A DNA stretch of 58,207 nucleotides from an uncultured bacterium. Its GTDB lineage: Bacteria; Fidelibacterota; Marinisomatia; Marinisomatales; AB-629-J13. The stretch lies in the NCBI GenBank assembly GCA_964606925.1, contig CAZSIH010000002.1, positions 1-58,207 of the forward strand, in the 5' to 3' direction. The stretch's first letter is position 1, and each line of letters starts with the position of its first letter. The position numbers and the translations under genes were made by a program. A model generated the notes under the pieces. That model saw nothing but the letters and a program-made list of their open reading frames with translations. It had not been told where the DNA came from and ran no database searches. This document shows, one piece after another, positions 38,991 through 48,479 of this stretch.

Positions 38991-40262
38991 TTAATCTGAC
39001 GATTTTTCATTCTTTTTGGAATTACCTTTTTCATCATTTGAATCTGCCTTTTTTTCCTTTTTACTCTTCTTCGAATCTGAAGAACCATCATTAGTATCAG
39101 AAGAATCTCCTGCGTCAGTTTCACCTTCTTCTTTACTCACTTCATCGTCAGAATCATCTGTTGATTCTATTTCATTTTCAGATTCTTTCGTTTCAGTATC
39201 TCCTTCAGCGTCATCCTCAGCGTTAACCTTATCTTGACCCTCTTCTGAGTCTTCATCATCCGAATCAACATCATCCGTTTCATCCGTAGTTTCATCATCG
39301 GCAACATCCTTTTCTTCTGTCACTTCATCTGTATCTTCCTTTTCCGATCCTTCGTCAGTATCTTCACCTTTTGAATCTTCATCCGTAGTTTCATCATCAG
39401 AATCAGAGGATTCCCCTGATTCGGTTTCACTTTCTTCTTCACTCACTTCATCGTCAGAATCATCTGTGGATTCTATTTCATTTTCAGATTCTTTCGTTTC
39501 AGTATCTCCTTCTGCATCATCCTCAACGTCAACCTTTTCTCTACCCTCCTCTGAGTCTTCATCATCCGTTTCATCCGTAGTTTCATCATCGGCAACACCC
39601 TTTTCTTCTGTCACTTCATCAGCATCTTCTATTTCCGATCCTTTGTCAGTATCTTCACCTTTTGAATCTTCATCCGTAGTTTCATCATCAGAATCAGAGG
39701 ATTCCCCTGATTCGGTTTCACTTTCTTCTTCACTCACCTTTTTATCAGATTCATCTGTTGATTCTTCAGTAATTTCTTCAGTTTTTACATCGGAATCAGT
39801 TTCCTGAGACTCACTCTCTTCAATTTCTGTTTCAACAACAACCTTCACTTCTTCGCCTACTTCTTTCTCTTTTTCAGATTCTTTCTTCTGTAAAGCAGAT
39901 TTTTCCATTGCTTTTTCTGCACGGCGTTTCAAAGTTAATTCTCTGTCCAATTGCCATTTTTGCATATTTTTTTCTATTTCATCATCACTTAATCCCAATT
40001 TCATTAAGTGCCACTTATGGGACAAACCTGTTTTTGACATCATATTCTTCACAACATCAGAAGGTTGTGCTCCCTGAGAAAGCCAATGTAAAATGCGATC
40101 TTCTTTCAGGGTAAAATTCTTATCATTATTTATAATTGGATCATACCATCCAACTTCTTCAATGGCAGCACCGTCACGTCTTTTTCTTGAATCAATGATA
40201 ATGATGCGGTAAAAAGGTCTGTTCTTGCGTCCTAATCGTTTTAATCGTATTCGAGTAGCCAA
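38991..40262 (-). CDS. rpsP: 30S ribosomal protein S16 fused to a hyper-acidic, tandemly repeated C-terminal extension of about 300 aa
   Basis: The N-terminus MATRIRLKRLGRKNRPFYRIIIIDSRKRRDGAAIEEVGWYDP is canonical S16. The same frame then stays open through D/E/S/T-rich repeats for 423 aa in total. Confidence 0.85.
   Translation of the reverse strand: MATRIRLKRLGRKNRPFYRIIIIDSRKRRDGAAIEEVGWYDPIINNDKNFTLKEDRILHWLSQGAQPSDVVKNMMSKTGLSHKWHLMKLGLSDDEIEKNMQKWQLDRELTLKRRAEKAMEKSALQKKESEKEKEVGEEVKVVVETEIEESESQETDSDVKTEEITEESTDESDKKVSEEESETESGESSDSDDETTDEDSKGEDTDKGSEIEDADEVTEEKGVADDETTDETDDEDSEEGREKVDVEDDAEGDTETKESENEIESTDDSDDEVSEEESETESGESSDSDDETTDEDSKGEDTDEGSEKEDTDEVTEEKDVADDETTDETDDVDSDDEDSEEGQDKVNAEDDAEGDTETKESENEIESTDDSDDEVSKEEGETDAGDSSDTNDGSSDSKKSKKEKKADSNDEKGNSKKNEKSSD
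39090..39790. repeat. Tandem repeat inside rpsP, about 2.3 copies of a 291-306 bp unit
   Basis: ACTCACTTCATCGTCAGAATCATCTGT recurs at 39135 and 39441 (period 306), and in diverged form at 39732 (period 291). The protein units run VSEEESETESGESSDSDDETTDEDSKGEDTD... Confidence 0.8.
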
Positions 40263-40272
40263 AATCGTCTCC

Positions 40273-41610
40273 TTAATTAACTGTCATAAAATGTGATCCG
40301 GATTTTCTCATCTGGGGAAATGTTTTTCTGGTCATCTTTTTCATCATTTTTTGTATTTGAAAAAATTCTTTTATTAACTGATTTACTTCTTGAACGGACC
40401 TTCCTGATCCTTTTGAGATCCGTATTCGTCTACTGCCGTTAATTAATTTTGGTTGGGTTCGTTCTTGAATTGTCATGGATTGGATTATTGCTTCTGTCCA
40501 AATCAATTGCTTCTCATTCACATTCATCTTTTTCATCATTTTTCTGTTCACTCCCGGTAACATTCCAACAATTTGTTTTAGTGAACCCATTTTTTTTATT
40601 TGTCTGAGTTGGGATATAAAATCATTTAAATCAAATTCTTTTCCCGAAACTATTTTTTGAATGGATTGTCTATCCTCATTATCAATGGAGGTCTGTGCTT
40701 TTTCCACCAATGACACTACATCTCCAAACCCTAAAATTCTATCTGCAATCCTTTTCGGGTCAAACACTTCCAATCCATCAATTTTTTCTGAAACTCCAAG
40801 AAATTTTATCGGTGCTCCTGTTTCTTCAGTCACCGAGACGGCTGCACCGCCACGGCTGTCTCCTTCCATTTTTGTGAGAACAGTCCCTGTGAGTGAAAGT
40901 GTTTCTGAAAATATTTTAGCTGAATGTACCGCATCCTGACCTGTCATACCATCTACAACAAATAATGTCTCATCCGGGTGTGTTTTTTCCTGGATAGACT
41001 GAATTTCTTCCATCATTTCTCCGTCCACATGTAAACGTCCTGCAGTATCCAAAATTACATAATCAAGACCAAGTGAATCTGCTTCAGAAATCGCTTCCTG
41101 ACAAATAACGACCGGATCAGATTTACCCTTTGAAAAAACAGGAATATCTGCTTGCTTTCCCAGAGTTATTAGCTGGTCAATTGCCGCAGGACGATACACA
41201 TCCGCACCTGCCATCAGACTTGTAAACCCCTTATTTTTCAAGTGCATTGCTATTTTTACCGCAGTGGTTGTCTTCCCGGATCCCTGCAATCCTGCCAATA
41301 ATATTATTTTTGGTTTTTTATTTCCAGAAATTAACGGTGAAACTGCACCTCCTAATAAAGATACCAATTCGTCATGAATAATTTTAATGAACTGCTCACC
41401 GGGTTTAATGGATTTGATCACTTTAGTTCCTTCGGCACGGGATTTCACCTTTTCAATAAATGATTTTACGATCCCGTAATTCACATCCGCTTCCAATAGA
41501 ATGATACGTATGTCCCGAACCGTGGATTGAATGTTCGTCTCTGTGATCTTTCCCAACCCTCTTAAAGACCGGAATACAGCGTCAAATTTTTTAGTAATTT
41601 TATCAAACAT
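40273..41610 (-). CDS. ffh: Signal recognition particle protein Ffh
   Basis: It contains GLQGSGKTTT, DTAGR and a methionine-rich M domain (GMLPG...MMKKM). Confidence 0.95.
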   Translation of the reverse strand: MFDKITKKFDAVFRSLRGLGKITETNIQSTVRDIRIILLEADVNYGIVKSFIEKVKSRAEGTKVIKSIKPGEQFIKIIHDELVSLLGGAVSPLISGNKKPKIILLAGLQGSGKTTTAVKIAMHLKNKGFTSLMAGADVYRPAAIDQLITLGKQADIPVFSKGKSDPVVICQEAISEADSLGLDYVILDTAGRLHVDGEMMEEIQSIQEKTHPDETLFVVDGMTGQDAVHSAKIFSETLSLTGTVLTKMEGDSRGGAAVSVTEETGAPIKFLGVSEKIDGLEVFDPKRIADRILGFGDVVSLVEKAQTSIDNEDRQSIQKIVSGKEFDLNDFISQLRQIKKMGSLKQIVGMLPGVNRKMMKKMNVNEKQLIWTEAIIQSMTIQERTQPKLINGSRRIRISKGSGRSVQEVNQLIKEFFQIQKMMKKMTRKTFPQMRKSGSHFMTVN

Positions 41611-41690
41611 ATAAAAAGGATTTGTGTATAGCCTACAATTTTACTGTTTTTTTTATATGTGTTAAAAGATTTTCTAATTATGATTTTTAT

Positions 41691-41735
41691 GTCATTCCCT
41701 CACCTTCTGTCATCCTTCCGCAGGAGGGAATCCAG
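41691..41735 (+). repeat. REP/MITE-like short element, copy A (GTCATTCC...GGAATCCAG termini)
   Basis: The sequence is GTCATTCCCTCACCTTCTGTCATCCTTCCGCAGGAGGGAATCCAG, with an internal 8-bp stem ATTCCCTC/GAGGGAAT. Confidence 0.5.
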
Positions 41736-41787
41736 TTTACAAAAATTGTTGGAATCCAAAAAATGTTTAACAAAAAACTCAGGTTCT

Positions 41788-41826
41788 CTGGATTCCTGCT
41801 CTCCGCTTCGCTCCGGCTGGAATGAC
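41788..41826 (-). repeat. REP/MITE-like short element, copy B (inverted orientation)
   Basis: The reverse complement reads GTCATTCCAGCCGGAGCGAAGCGGAGAGCAGGAATCCAG. Confidence 0.5.
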
Positions 41827-41853
41827 AGTGTTTATTCATAATCCTCCTCGATT

Positions 41854-41881
41854 CGGGGAGGATTACAGGTGGAGATTTAAT
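41854..41881 (+). repeat. 28-nt direct repeat, copy 1
   Basis: The sequence is CGGGGAGGATTACAGGTGGAGATTTAAT. Its 5' part pairs with upstream TAATCCTCC (41839-41847) to form a 9-bp hairpin. Confidence 0.7.
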
Positions 41882-41982
41882 GTTGATAGAGTATAGTGAA
41901 CTATGGAAAACATATTGAGTTCTATTAGCACAGTGACCGTCACGGGTATGACAGTGGGTGTTTTTCATTGTCCTTCCCTATG

Positions 41983-42010
41983 CGGAGAGGATTACAGGTG
42001 GAGATTTAAT
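41983..42010 (+). repeat. 28-nt direct repeat, copy 2
   Basis: The sequence is CGGAGAGGATTACAGGTGGAGATTTAAT. It is 27/28 identical to copy 1 and lies 129 bp downstream of it. Confidence 0.7.
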
Positions 42011-42194
42011 TTGGATTTGTTCCTTTTTACTATCCCATTTTTGTCAGAATAAAAATACAATTATTTTCATTCCTGTCATATCTATCACTCATTTGGAGTT
42101 GAGTTTTTCAGTTTTTAAAGCATTAAAATTATTTTATCCGATTGGGATTTGAATTGTAAAACAGTAAGAGGTTTTTTCAAGTCAATAATTGCTT

Positions 42195-42251
42195 GTCATT
42201 CTGGTTTATTAAAGCTTGTCCAACGGTACTAAACAAAGGCGGAGAATCCAG
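42195..42251 (+). repeat. REP/MITE-like short element, copy C (diverged)
   Basis: The sequence GTCATTCTGG...GGCGGAGAATCCAG has the same termini as copies A and B around a longer core. Confidence 0.4.
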
Positions 42252-42374
42252 TGGATGAATACAGGTATAATCCTAATAATATGTGTCAGAGGAAATTAAA
42301 TATTTTCTATTTTGTCATAACATCATTTACATATTTACTGTTGAGATAAACAGTTTAAATTCCCCACTGAAATT

Positions 42375-43205
42375 ATGTCCGATTTTTATAAAATACTCAA
42401 AGACACACGGCTCCAGCAGGGGATTGAACTAGAAGAAATTCACAATCGGACAAAAATAAATATTAAATTTTTAAAAGCAATTGAAAATGGACAATTCGAT
42501 CTTCTTCCTGAACCTTATATTCGATTATTTTTACGAGCTTATGGAACTGAAATTGGTTTAGATCCGGAAAAATTATTAGATCAATTTGAACAATTTAGTG
42601 ATGGGGAACCTTCAAAAGTTAAGGGAAGAAAAAGACATAATAAACCTGAAAAACGACAAACAGAACCGCTACCCAAATCAGAAAAGGAGATCATTCACCC
42701 CAAAAAATCTCCAAAAATAAATCGGGAAAAAGTCATCAAGAGTATTCTACTTCTCTCCTTCTGGATATTTGGATTGATCATCATCCATAAAATTACAAAT
42801 CCAGCTGATAAACCTGATAATACCGTCGTTAAACTAACACCAACAGAATTTATCAATAATTTAAACACCAATTATTTTGAGATTTATAAAGAAGAACAGC
42901 AACTTGATTTTATTCCTCCCTATTCTTTAGTTGTCAAAACTGTTAGTCAGTTAACTGTAATGGTTTCATACGATACAACTGGTTTTTCAAAGGTTTTATT
43001 AAAAAGCGGAGAAAAAAAATCATTTTACACTGACAGCACATTAACTCTTATACTCGAACATACCCAAAATGTAACTCTTGCCATCAATGGAGAATCTGAA
43101 AAAATCACTTTAGATCAATTCCAGAATTTCCTGGATCCCATAAAAATAAAAATTACTGCTGATCCCCCTGCTTATTCTGTTAGACAGTATACTCAAATAC
43201 AGTAA
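42375..43205 (+). CDS. rodZ: RodZ-like helix-turn-helix cytoskeletal protein
   Basis: It has an N-terminal HTH (LKDTRLQQGIELEEIHNRTKINIKFLKAIENGQFDLLPEPYIRLFLRAY), a basic linker, one transmembrane segment and a C-terminal DUF4115-like beta domain. Confidence 0.65.
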   Translation: MSDFYKILKDTRLQQGIELEEIHNRTKINIKFLKAIENGQFDLLPEPYIRLFLRAYGTEIGLDPEKLLDQFEQFSDGEPSKVKGRKRHNKPEKRQTEPLPKSEKEIIHPKKSPKINREKVIKSILLLSFWIFGLIIIHKITNPADKPDNTVVKLTPTEFINNLNTNYFEIYKEEQQLDFIPPYSLVVKTVSQLTVMVSYDTTGFSKVLLKSGEKKSFYTDSTLTLILEHTQNVTLAINGESEKITLDQFQNFLDPIKIKITADPPAYSVRQYTQIQ

Positions 43206-43326
43206 TACCTCTTTTTCTTCTCCAACATTCTGAAAGGGATTAATTTATGTAAATCAATCTTTTTTTGTACCTCTCCTTTTTTTTACCAAATTTTATTATT
43301 TATTTTTAAAATTTATTTTGATTTGA

Positions 43327-43364
43327 GTGGGTAATGTTATTAGACTTGTGGGTAATAGTGGGTA
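43327..43364 (+). promoter_or_regulatory. Putative MraZ operator: three phased GTGGGTA boxes upstream of mraZ
   Basis: GTGGGTA occurs at 43327, 43348 and 43358, with spacings of 21 and 10 bp. The last box ends 24 bp before the mraZ ATG. Confidence 0.5.
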
Positions 43365-43387
43365 GTTATCCCTTTCGTTAATCCATA

Positions 43388-43849
43388 ATGTCTCATAGTC
43401 CAAATACATTTACAGGAGAATACTCCTACACTGTTGACCCCAAAAGCAGGGTCAATATACCGGCTAAATTCCGGCAAACATTATCACCGGAAAATGATAA
43501 TTCATTCGCTATTACCAAGGGAATGGACCAATGTATTTGGGTTTACCCACTGATAGAATGGAATAAAGTTCTGGCGAAACTTAAAGAACAGGCATCATCT
43601 CAGGTCAGCCGTGCATTTACTAGAGAATATTCTCGATTTTCCTCTACCGTAACTTATGACAAACAGGGGCGTATTCTTCTCACATCTGAATTAATAAATT
43701 ATGCTGAAATTGACCGCCATGTGACCATAATCGGGATGATAAATAAAATTGAAATTTGGGATCCGGGTCTATTGAAAAATTTTGATAAACAAGTATCTTC
43801 CCAGAATAACGAAGCATTTAATGAATTGGCTGAAAAGATCATCCTGTAA
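43388..43849 (+). CDS. mraZ: Transcriptional regulator MraZ
   Basis: It has two SpoVT-AbrB-like halves: DPKSRVNIPAKFR and DKQGRILLTSEL. Confidence 0.9.
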   Translation: MSHSPNTFTGEYSYTVDPKSRVNIPAKFRQTLSPENDNSFAITKGMDQCIWVYPLIEWNKVLAKLKEQASSQVSRAFTREYSRFSSTVTYDKQGRILLTSELINYAEIDRHVTIIGMINKIEIWDPGLLKNFDKQVSSQNNEAFNELAEKIIL

Positions 43850-44727
43850 TGCACTCAATACTTCATCATGTTCCGGTTATGGTGGAGGAAGTGTTATTTT
43901 ATCTGGATATAAAACCCAATCTCATTTATGTAGACGGAACTATCGGTCAGGGAGGACACACCGGACATATTCTCTTCAGCTTATCCTCAAATGGGAAAAT
44001 AATAGGAATTGACAGAGATGTTGAAGTATTGGATATGTGTCATCAGAAATTCTCCGTATCTCATACTCAACTTTCTTTACATCATAATTCATATCATCAC
44101 CTTTCTGATATTTTACAAAAGGAAGGAATACAATCTGTGGACGGGATTTTGCTTGATTTAGGATTATCCTCTTTTCAATTGGAATCTGAAAACCGTGGAT
44201 TTGCATATTCTCAACATTCCCTTTTAGATATGCGTTTTGACCAATCCAATGGAAATCCTGCGGTCGAGTTCCTGAAAAAATTAACGCTGAAAAAATTAGA
44301 AAAAATCTTGAAAGATTTTGGTGAAGAACGCTACTCAAAAAAAATCGCTTACCATATCCATCAATCACCTAATTTAAAAACGACTTCCGATTTGATAAAT
44401 ATTATACGGAAGTCCACACCACCTGCAAATCGTACAAAATCTTTCTCAAGGGTGTTTCAAGCAATCAGAATCGCAATTAATAAAGAATTGGAGATATTGG
44501 ACAATTTTTTAAGCTCATTCATTGACCACCTTTCCCAGGGTGGTAGAATTATTATTATCAGTTACCATTCCCTTGAAGACCGCCTGGTCAAACATGCATT
44601 TAAAAAATTAAAGCAAAAAGAGTTGGTCAATATTCTTACAAAAAAACCAGTAACACCCTCTCAGGAAGAAATAAGTATAAACAGTCGTTCCAGAAGTGCA
44701 AAACTTCGTGCGGCAGAAAGGACCTAA
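43849..44727 (+). CDS. rsmH: 16S rRNA (cytosine1402-N4)-methyltransferase RsmH
   Basis: It contains HVPVMVEEVL, YVDGTIGQGGH, DLGLSSFQL and SYHSLEDR. Confidence 0.9.
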   Translation: MHSILHHVPVMVEEVLFYLDIKPNLIYVDGTIGQGGHTGHILFSLSSNGKIIGIDRDVEVLDMCHQKFSVSHTQLSLHHNSYHHLSDILQKEGIQSVDGILLDLGLSSFQLESENRGFAYSQHSLLDMRFDQSNGNPAVEFLKKLTLKKLEKILKDFGEERYSKKIAYHIHQSPNLKTTSDLINIIRKSTPPANRTKSFSRVFQAIRIAINKELEILDNFLSSFIDHLSQGGRIIIISYHSLEDRLVKHAFKKLKQKELVNILTKKPVTPSQEEISINSRSRSAKLRAAERT

Positions 44728-44735
44728 GTAAAAAA

Positions 44736-45062
44736 ATGCTACATAAAAAACGTCGTTCTAAAAAAGTTCAGAATATAATTGATACCCTATTTTTCTATCT
44801 CATCACATGTTTATCTATCGGAGGATTGGTGTTATACCTTTGGGTATATACGGAAATTGATGACTCATTATATTCCCTTGATTTCCAAAGAGAAACAGTT
44901 GAAGAATTAAAGAATGATATTCATCTCCTCCAAAGTGAAATTGATGCATTGTCAAAACCGGATGTAATCGCTCGAAAAGCAAGAATGAACTGGGGAATGA
45001 TATTTGCCAAACCCGAATCCATTTCCATTCATATCAATCCGGATGAGTTAAGCAGTCTGTGA
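44736..45062 (+). CDS. ftsL: FtsL-like cell division membrane protein
   Basis: 108 aa with a single transmembrane segment followed by a coiled coil. It lies between rsmH and ftsI. Confidence 0.55.
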   Translation: MLHKKRRSKKVQNIIDTLFFYLITCLSIGGLVLYLWVYTEIDDSLYSLDFQRETVEELKNDIHLLQSEIDALSKPDVIARKARMNWGMIFAKPESISIHINPDELSSL

Positions 45063-47032
45063 CAAAATCTTTCCTGAAATATCGGACAAGGATTACTGTA
45101 CTTTCTTGTTTTGTGATTCTTGGATGGTGTGTGCTGAGTGCCAGATTATTTCAAATTCAGGTTCTTGATAATAAATTTTATATTGGCAACGGGTTTCTGC
45201 AGGGGCAACACAAAGAAATTTTAAAAGCATCCCGTGGAAATATTTATGATCGAAATAACGTACTTTTGACCAGGAATATTTCTCATATTACCTTATGCGG
45301 GAATCCCGCTGATATAACTGAAAAGAAGTCTGTGGCTAAATTATTGAGTCAATGTACGGAAAAACCCCGAGCATATTATATAAAAAAATTATCATCTAAG
45401 GATTCCTTTGTGTATCTTGAAAGAAATATTCTTGAATCTCAGTGTGACGAGTTATTAAGGATTGAAAAATACGGAGTGATCATTAAGAAAAATTATTTCA
45501 GGTATTATCCGTTTGGTTCTTCAGGAAGTCAGGTGATCGGCTTTACTGATACTGATAATCGGGGATTAAGCGGAATTGAAAAACAATATGACCCAGTTTT
45601 AACCGGAACACAGGGATGGATCATTAAAAAACGTTCAGGAACAGGAAAAAGTAAGCGGGATAACAGTTATCCATTTGTAAATCCCAAGAATGGATCCAAT
45701 ATTCAACTGACATTGGATATTGAATATCAATGCATTTTGGAAGACGAATTAAAAAAACAATTGGATGCCACAAATGCAAAAGGTGCGACCGGTGTCCTTA
45801 TGAATCCGGAAACCGGGGAAATTCTTGCTATGGCTTCCATTCCCTGTTTTGATCCGAATCACCCAAATGACTTCCCATTGGAAAACCAGAAAATCAGAGC
45901 CATAACCGACCAGTTCGAACCGGGTTCCACCTTTAAAATTGTTTCAGCTACTGCTGCCCTGGATAAAAACATCGTGAATTCTGATGACGAATTCTACTGT
46001 GAAAATGGTAGTTTTTATTACAATGACATTCGAATTCGGGATCATGAGGAATACGGTCTTTTGACATTTTCTCAAGTCCTTGAACAGTCCAGTAATGTAG
46101 GAATTATAAAAATAACGGAACGTCTTCAAACTCAGTTATTTTACAATTATATTAAAAAATTTGGATTTGGGATTGAAACAAACATCAATTTACCCGGTGA
46201 AACCAATGGCTTCATTCGAGAATTGCAAAACTGGAGCAAAATTTCACCAGGGGTTATAGCTATGGGACAGGAAATCAGTGTAACTGCATTACAATTAGCA
46301 TCGGCGTATTCTGCAATTGCTAATGGAGGATATTTACTCAGACCCGAAATTGTACAGCAGATTATGAGTCATGGCGGGATGATAAAAGAAAATAACAATT
46401 CTAAAGTCCAACGCAGAGTTGCCTCATTAAAAACAATGGAAACTTTAAAAAATATTCTTGTAAAAACAGTTAAAATTGGTACTGGGTCATCTGCTTCAAT
46501 TCAGGGTTGGAATATTGCAGGAAAAACCGGGACAGCTCAGAAATACATTAATGGGTCGTATTCAGAAACAAAATTTATTTCAAATTTTGTAGGGTTCTTT
46601 CCTGCAGAAAAACCTATCCTATTGGGACTAATTCTTATTGATGAACCAAAATCCGGCTTTCATTGGGGTAGTACAGGTGCAGCACCGGTTTTTCGAAAAG
46701 TCGCCAAAAGAATTATAAACATGGATGACTCATTCCAAAATAAACATGAACAAAAAAATAAATTGCACGAAAACAATTTGTGGGCTTCGAACTCAACAGA
46801 ATTATCCGAAAAGATCCAAAATCCGATTCTTTTCAACATTCCAGTAAAGGTTGAAAATATGGAATGTATCGTACCGGATGTACGTCAAATGAGTTTATTA
46901 AAAGCAGGAAGGGTATTAAAAGAAAGTGGATTTACCTATTCAGTCCATGGTTCTGGAATCGTGTACTGGCAGTCCCCGAAACCGAATATTAATAAAACCT
47001 GTGGATCAACCTGTGTCATTGGACTTAAATAA
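45059..47032 (+). CDS. ftsI: Peptidoglycan D,D-transpeptidase FtsI (class B PBP) with a C-terminal PASTA-like domain
   Basis: The GTG start overlaps the ftsL stop. It contains the SxxK motif (GSTFK), SSN and KTGT, and the C-terminus reads [21 protein letters not shown]. Confidence 0.9.
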   Translation: MTKSFLKYRTRITVLSCFVILGWCVLSARLFQIQVLDNKFYIGNGFLQGQHKEILKASRGNIYDRNNVLLTRNISHITLCGNPADITEKKSVAKLLSQCTEKPRAYYIKKLSSKDSFVYLERNILESQCDELLRIEKYGVIIKKNYFRYYPFGSSGSQVIGFTDTDNRGLSGIEKQYDPVLTGTQGWIIKKRSGTGKSKRDNSYPFVNPKNGSNIQLTLDIEYQCILEDELKKQLDATNAKGATGVLMNPETGEILAMASIPCFDPNHPNDFPLENQKIRAITDQFEPGSTFKIVSATAALDKNIVNSDDEFYCENGSFYYNDIRIRDHEEYGLLTFSQVLEQSSNVGIIKITERLQTQLFYNYIKKFGFGIETNINLPGETNGFIRELQNWSKISPGVIAMGQEISVTALQLASAYSAIANGGYLLRPEIVQQIMSHGGMIKENNNSKVQRRVASLKTMETLKNILVKTVKIGTGSSASIQGWNIAGKTGTAQKYINGSYSETKFISNFVGFFPAEKPILLGLILIDEPKSGFHWGSTGAAPVFRKVAKRIINMDDSFQNKHEQKNKLHENNLWASNSTELSEKIQNPILFNIPVKVENMECIVPDVRQMSLLKAGRVLKESGFTYSVHGSGIVYWQSPKPNINKTCGSTCVIGLK

Positions 47033-47033
47033 A

Positions 47034-48479
47034 GTGACGAGACAACTCACAGAGTTAGTAAAAGATATTAATCCACTTAATTTAGTAAAAGACGAAATCA
47101 AAATCAGCAGATTATGTACCAATTCTAAACAAGTAGTTAGTGGAGATCTGTTTATTGCAATCCCCGGTCAATCCGTAGATGGACATCAATTTGTACATGA
47201 AGCGATTAATAAGGGTGCAGCAGCTGTACTGATCAACGGAAGAGATATTGGTTCTGTTTCCATTCCTCTCATATCTGTGGCGAATCCCCGAAGAGCATTG
47301 TCAAAACTGGCATCAGAATTTTATGATAATCCTTCAAAAAAAATAAATATTACGGGAATAACGGGTACAAATGGCAAAACATCAACCGCATTTCTTTTGA
47401 ATTCCATTTTAAGGGCTGATGGGAAAGATTCAGCTGTTTTAGGTACATTGGGATTAAAAACAAAAAAATATGAGGAGGGAAAAAATCTCACTACCATGGA
47501 TCCTATCAATCTTCATGAAACAATGAACCAGTTAATCCAAAACGGTACAACTCATCTAATTATGGAAGTTTCCTCTCATGCAATTGATCAATTTCGAGTG
47601 GCTGATGTGGAATTTAATTATGCCGTTTTTACAAATTTAACGCAAGATCATTTGGATTATCATCATACTATGGAAGATTATTTTCAGGCAAAAGCTAAAT
47701 TATTCAAAACACTTCCTCTTAACGCAACTGCTATTATTAATCTGGATTGCGAATATGGAAAAATGTTAAAAAAATTATGTCCTGCTCCCGTTATATCAAC
47801 ATCTACAATCTCACAGGACATGATCCAATTTTCTGAAACTCATTCCAATCTTGACGGTATCATTGGAAAAATAAGAGCAGGACATAAAACATATAAAATT
47901 GACTCTCCCCTGATTGGAAATTTTAATAAAGAAAATATCTTAATGGCTGTTGCAACTGCCCACAGTATGGGAATTTATCAGTCATCCATTGAAAGTGGCA
48001 TTAAAAATTGTACACATGTTCCCGGGAGAATGGAACGCTTTAAAACTTCAACCGGAGGGACAATTATCGTTGATTATGCTCATACACCGGATGCGTATGA
48101 AAAAGTTTTTTCTACAGTAAAAACATTAATGGATGGACATATTCATTCCGTATTCGGAGCAGGTGGAAGCAGGGATAAAAGCAAACGGTCCATCATGGCT
48201 TCCATTGCCGAAAAATACTCAAATCACTGCTACATAACACCGGATAATCCAAGGGATGAGGACCCCGACAACATATCCGCTGATATTATTTCAGGATTTT
48301 CATCAAATTGTTTTACGATTTATCCAGATCGAAAATCCGGATTGATTCATGCAATTGAATCCATGAAACCTGAAGATGTTGTGGTTGTATTGGGAAAAGG
48401 ACGTGAAAATTTTCAGGAAATAAAAGGGGAACGAATTCCTTATTCAGATGTGGAAACAGTAAAGGAATATATTTCATGA
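47034..48479 (+). CDS. murE: UDP-N-acetylmuramoyl-L-alanyl-D-glutamate--2,6-diaminopimelate ligase
   Basis: It contains [10 protein letters not shown] and the Mur ligase middle and C-terminal domains. I moved the start to GTG 47034, 2 nt after the ftsI stop; the track start at 46926 lies inside the ftsI PASTA domain. Confidence 0.9.
   Translation: MTRQLTELVKDINPLNLVKDEIKISRLCTNSKQVVSGDLFIAIPGQSVDGHQFVHEAINKGAAAVLINGRDIGSVSIPLISVANPRRALSKLASEFYDNPSKKINITGITGTNGKTSTAFLLNSILRADGKDSAVLGTLGLKTKKYEEGKNLTTMDPINLHETMNQLIQNGTTHLIMEVSSHAIDQFRVADVEFNYAVFTNLTQDHLDYHHTMEDYFQAKAKLFKTLPLNATAIINLDCEYGKMLKKLCPAPVISTSTISQDMIQFSETHSNLDGIIGKIRAGHKTYKIDSPLIGNFNKENILMAVATAHSMGIYQSSIESGIKNCTHVPGRMERFKTSTGGTIIVDYAHTPDAYEKVFSTVKTLMDGHIHSVFGAGGSRDKSKRSIMASIAEKYSNHCYITPDNPRDEDPDNISADIISGFSSNCFTIYPDRKSGLIHAIESMKPEDVVVVLGKGRENFQEIKGERIPYSDVETVKEYIS

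Noticed and set aside
39016-39807. Plus-strand Ser-rich ORFs (39016..39237, 39466..39807) lie opposite the S16 tail.
   Set aside because: They are antisense shadows of the GA-rich acidic repeat, because low-complexity sequence keeps several frames open. The minus-strand frame is continuous with the S16 domain.
41854-42010. The pair of 28-nt repeats could be a mini CRISPR array.
   Set aside because: There are only two repeats, the spacer is 101 nt (typical spacers are about 30-40 nt), and no cas genes or leader are present in the window.
41622-42152. Track ORFs in the ffh/rodZ gap (41622..41825, 41659..41841, 41687..41968, 41958..42152) could be genes.
   Set aside because: They overlap each other in several frames and are built from the REP-like and direct repeats. 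They translate to low-information peptides and have no start context.
46926-47033. The track gives a murE start at GTG 46926, overlapping ftsI by 107 nt.
   Set aside because: That segment encodes the ftsI PASTA-like C-terminus in another frame. GTG 47034, 2 nt after the ftsI stop, gives a normal MurE N-terminus.
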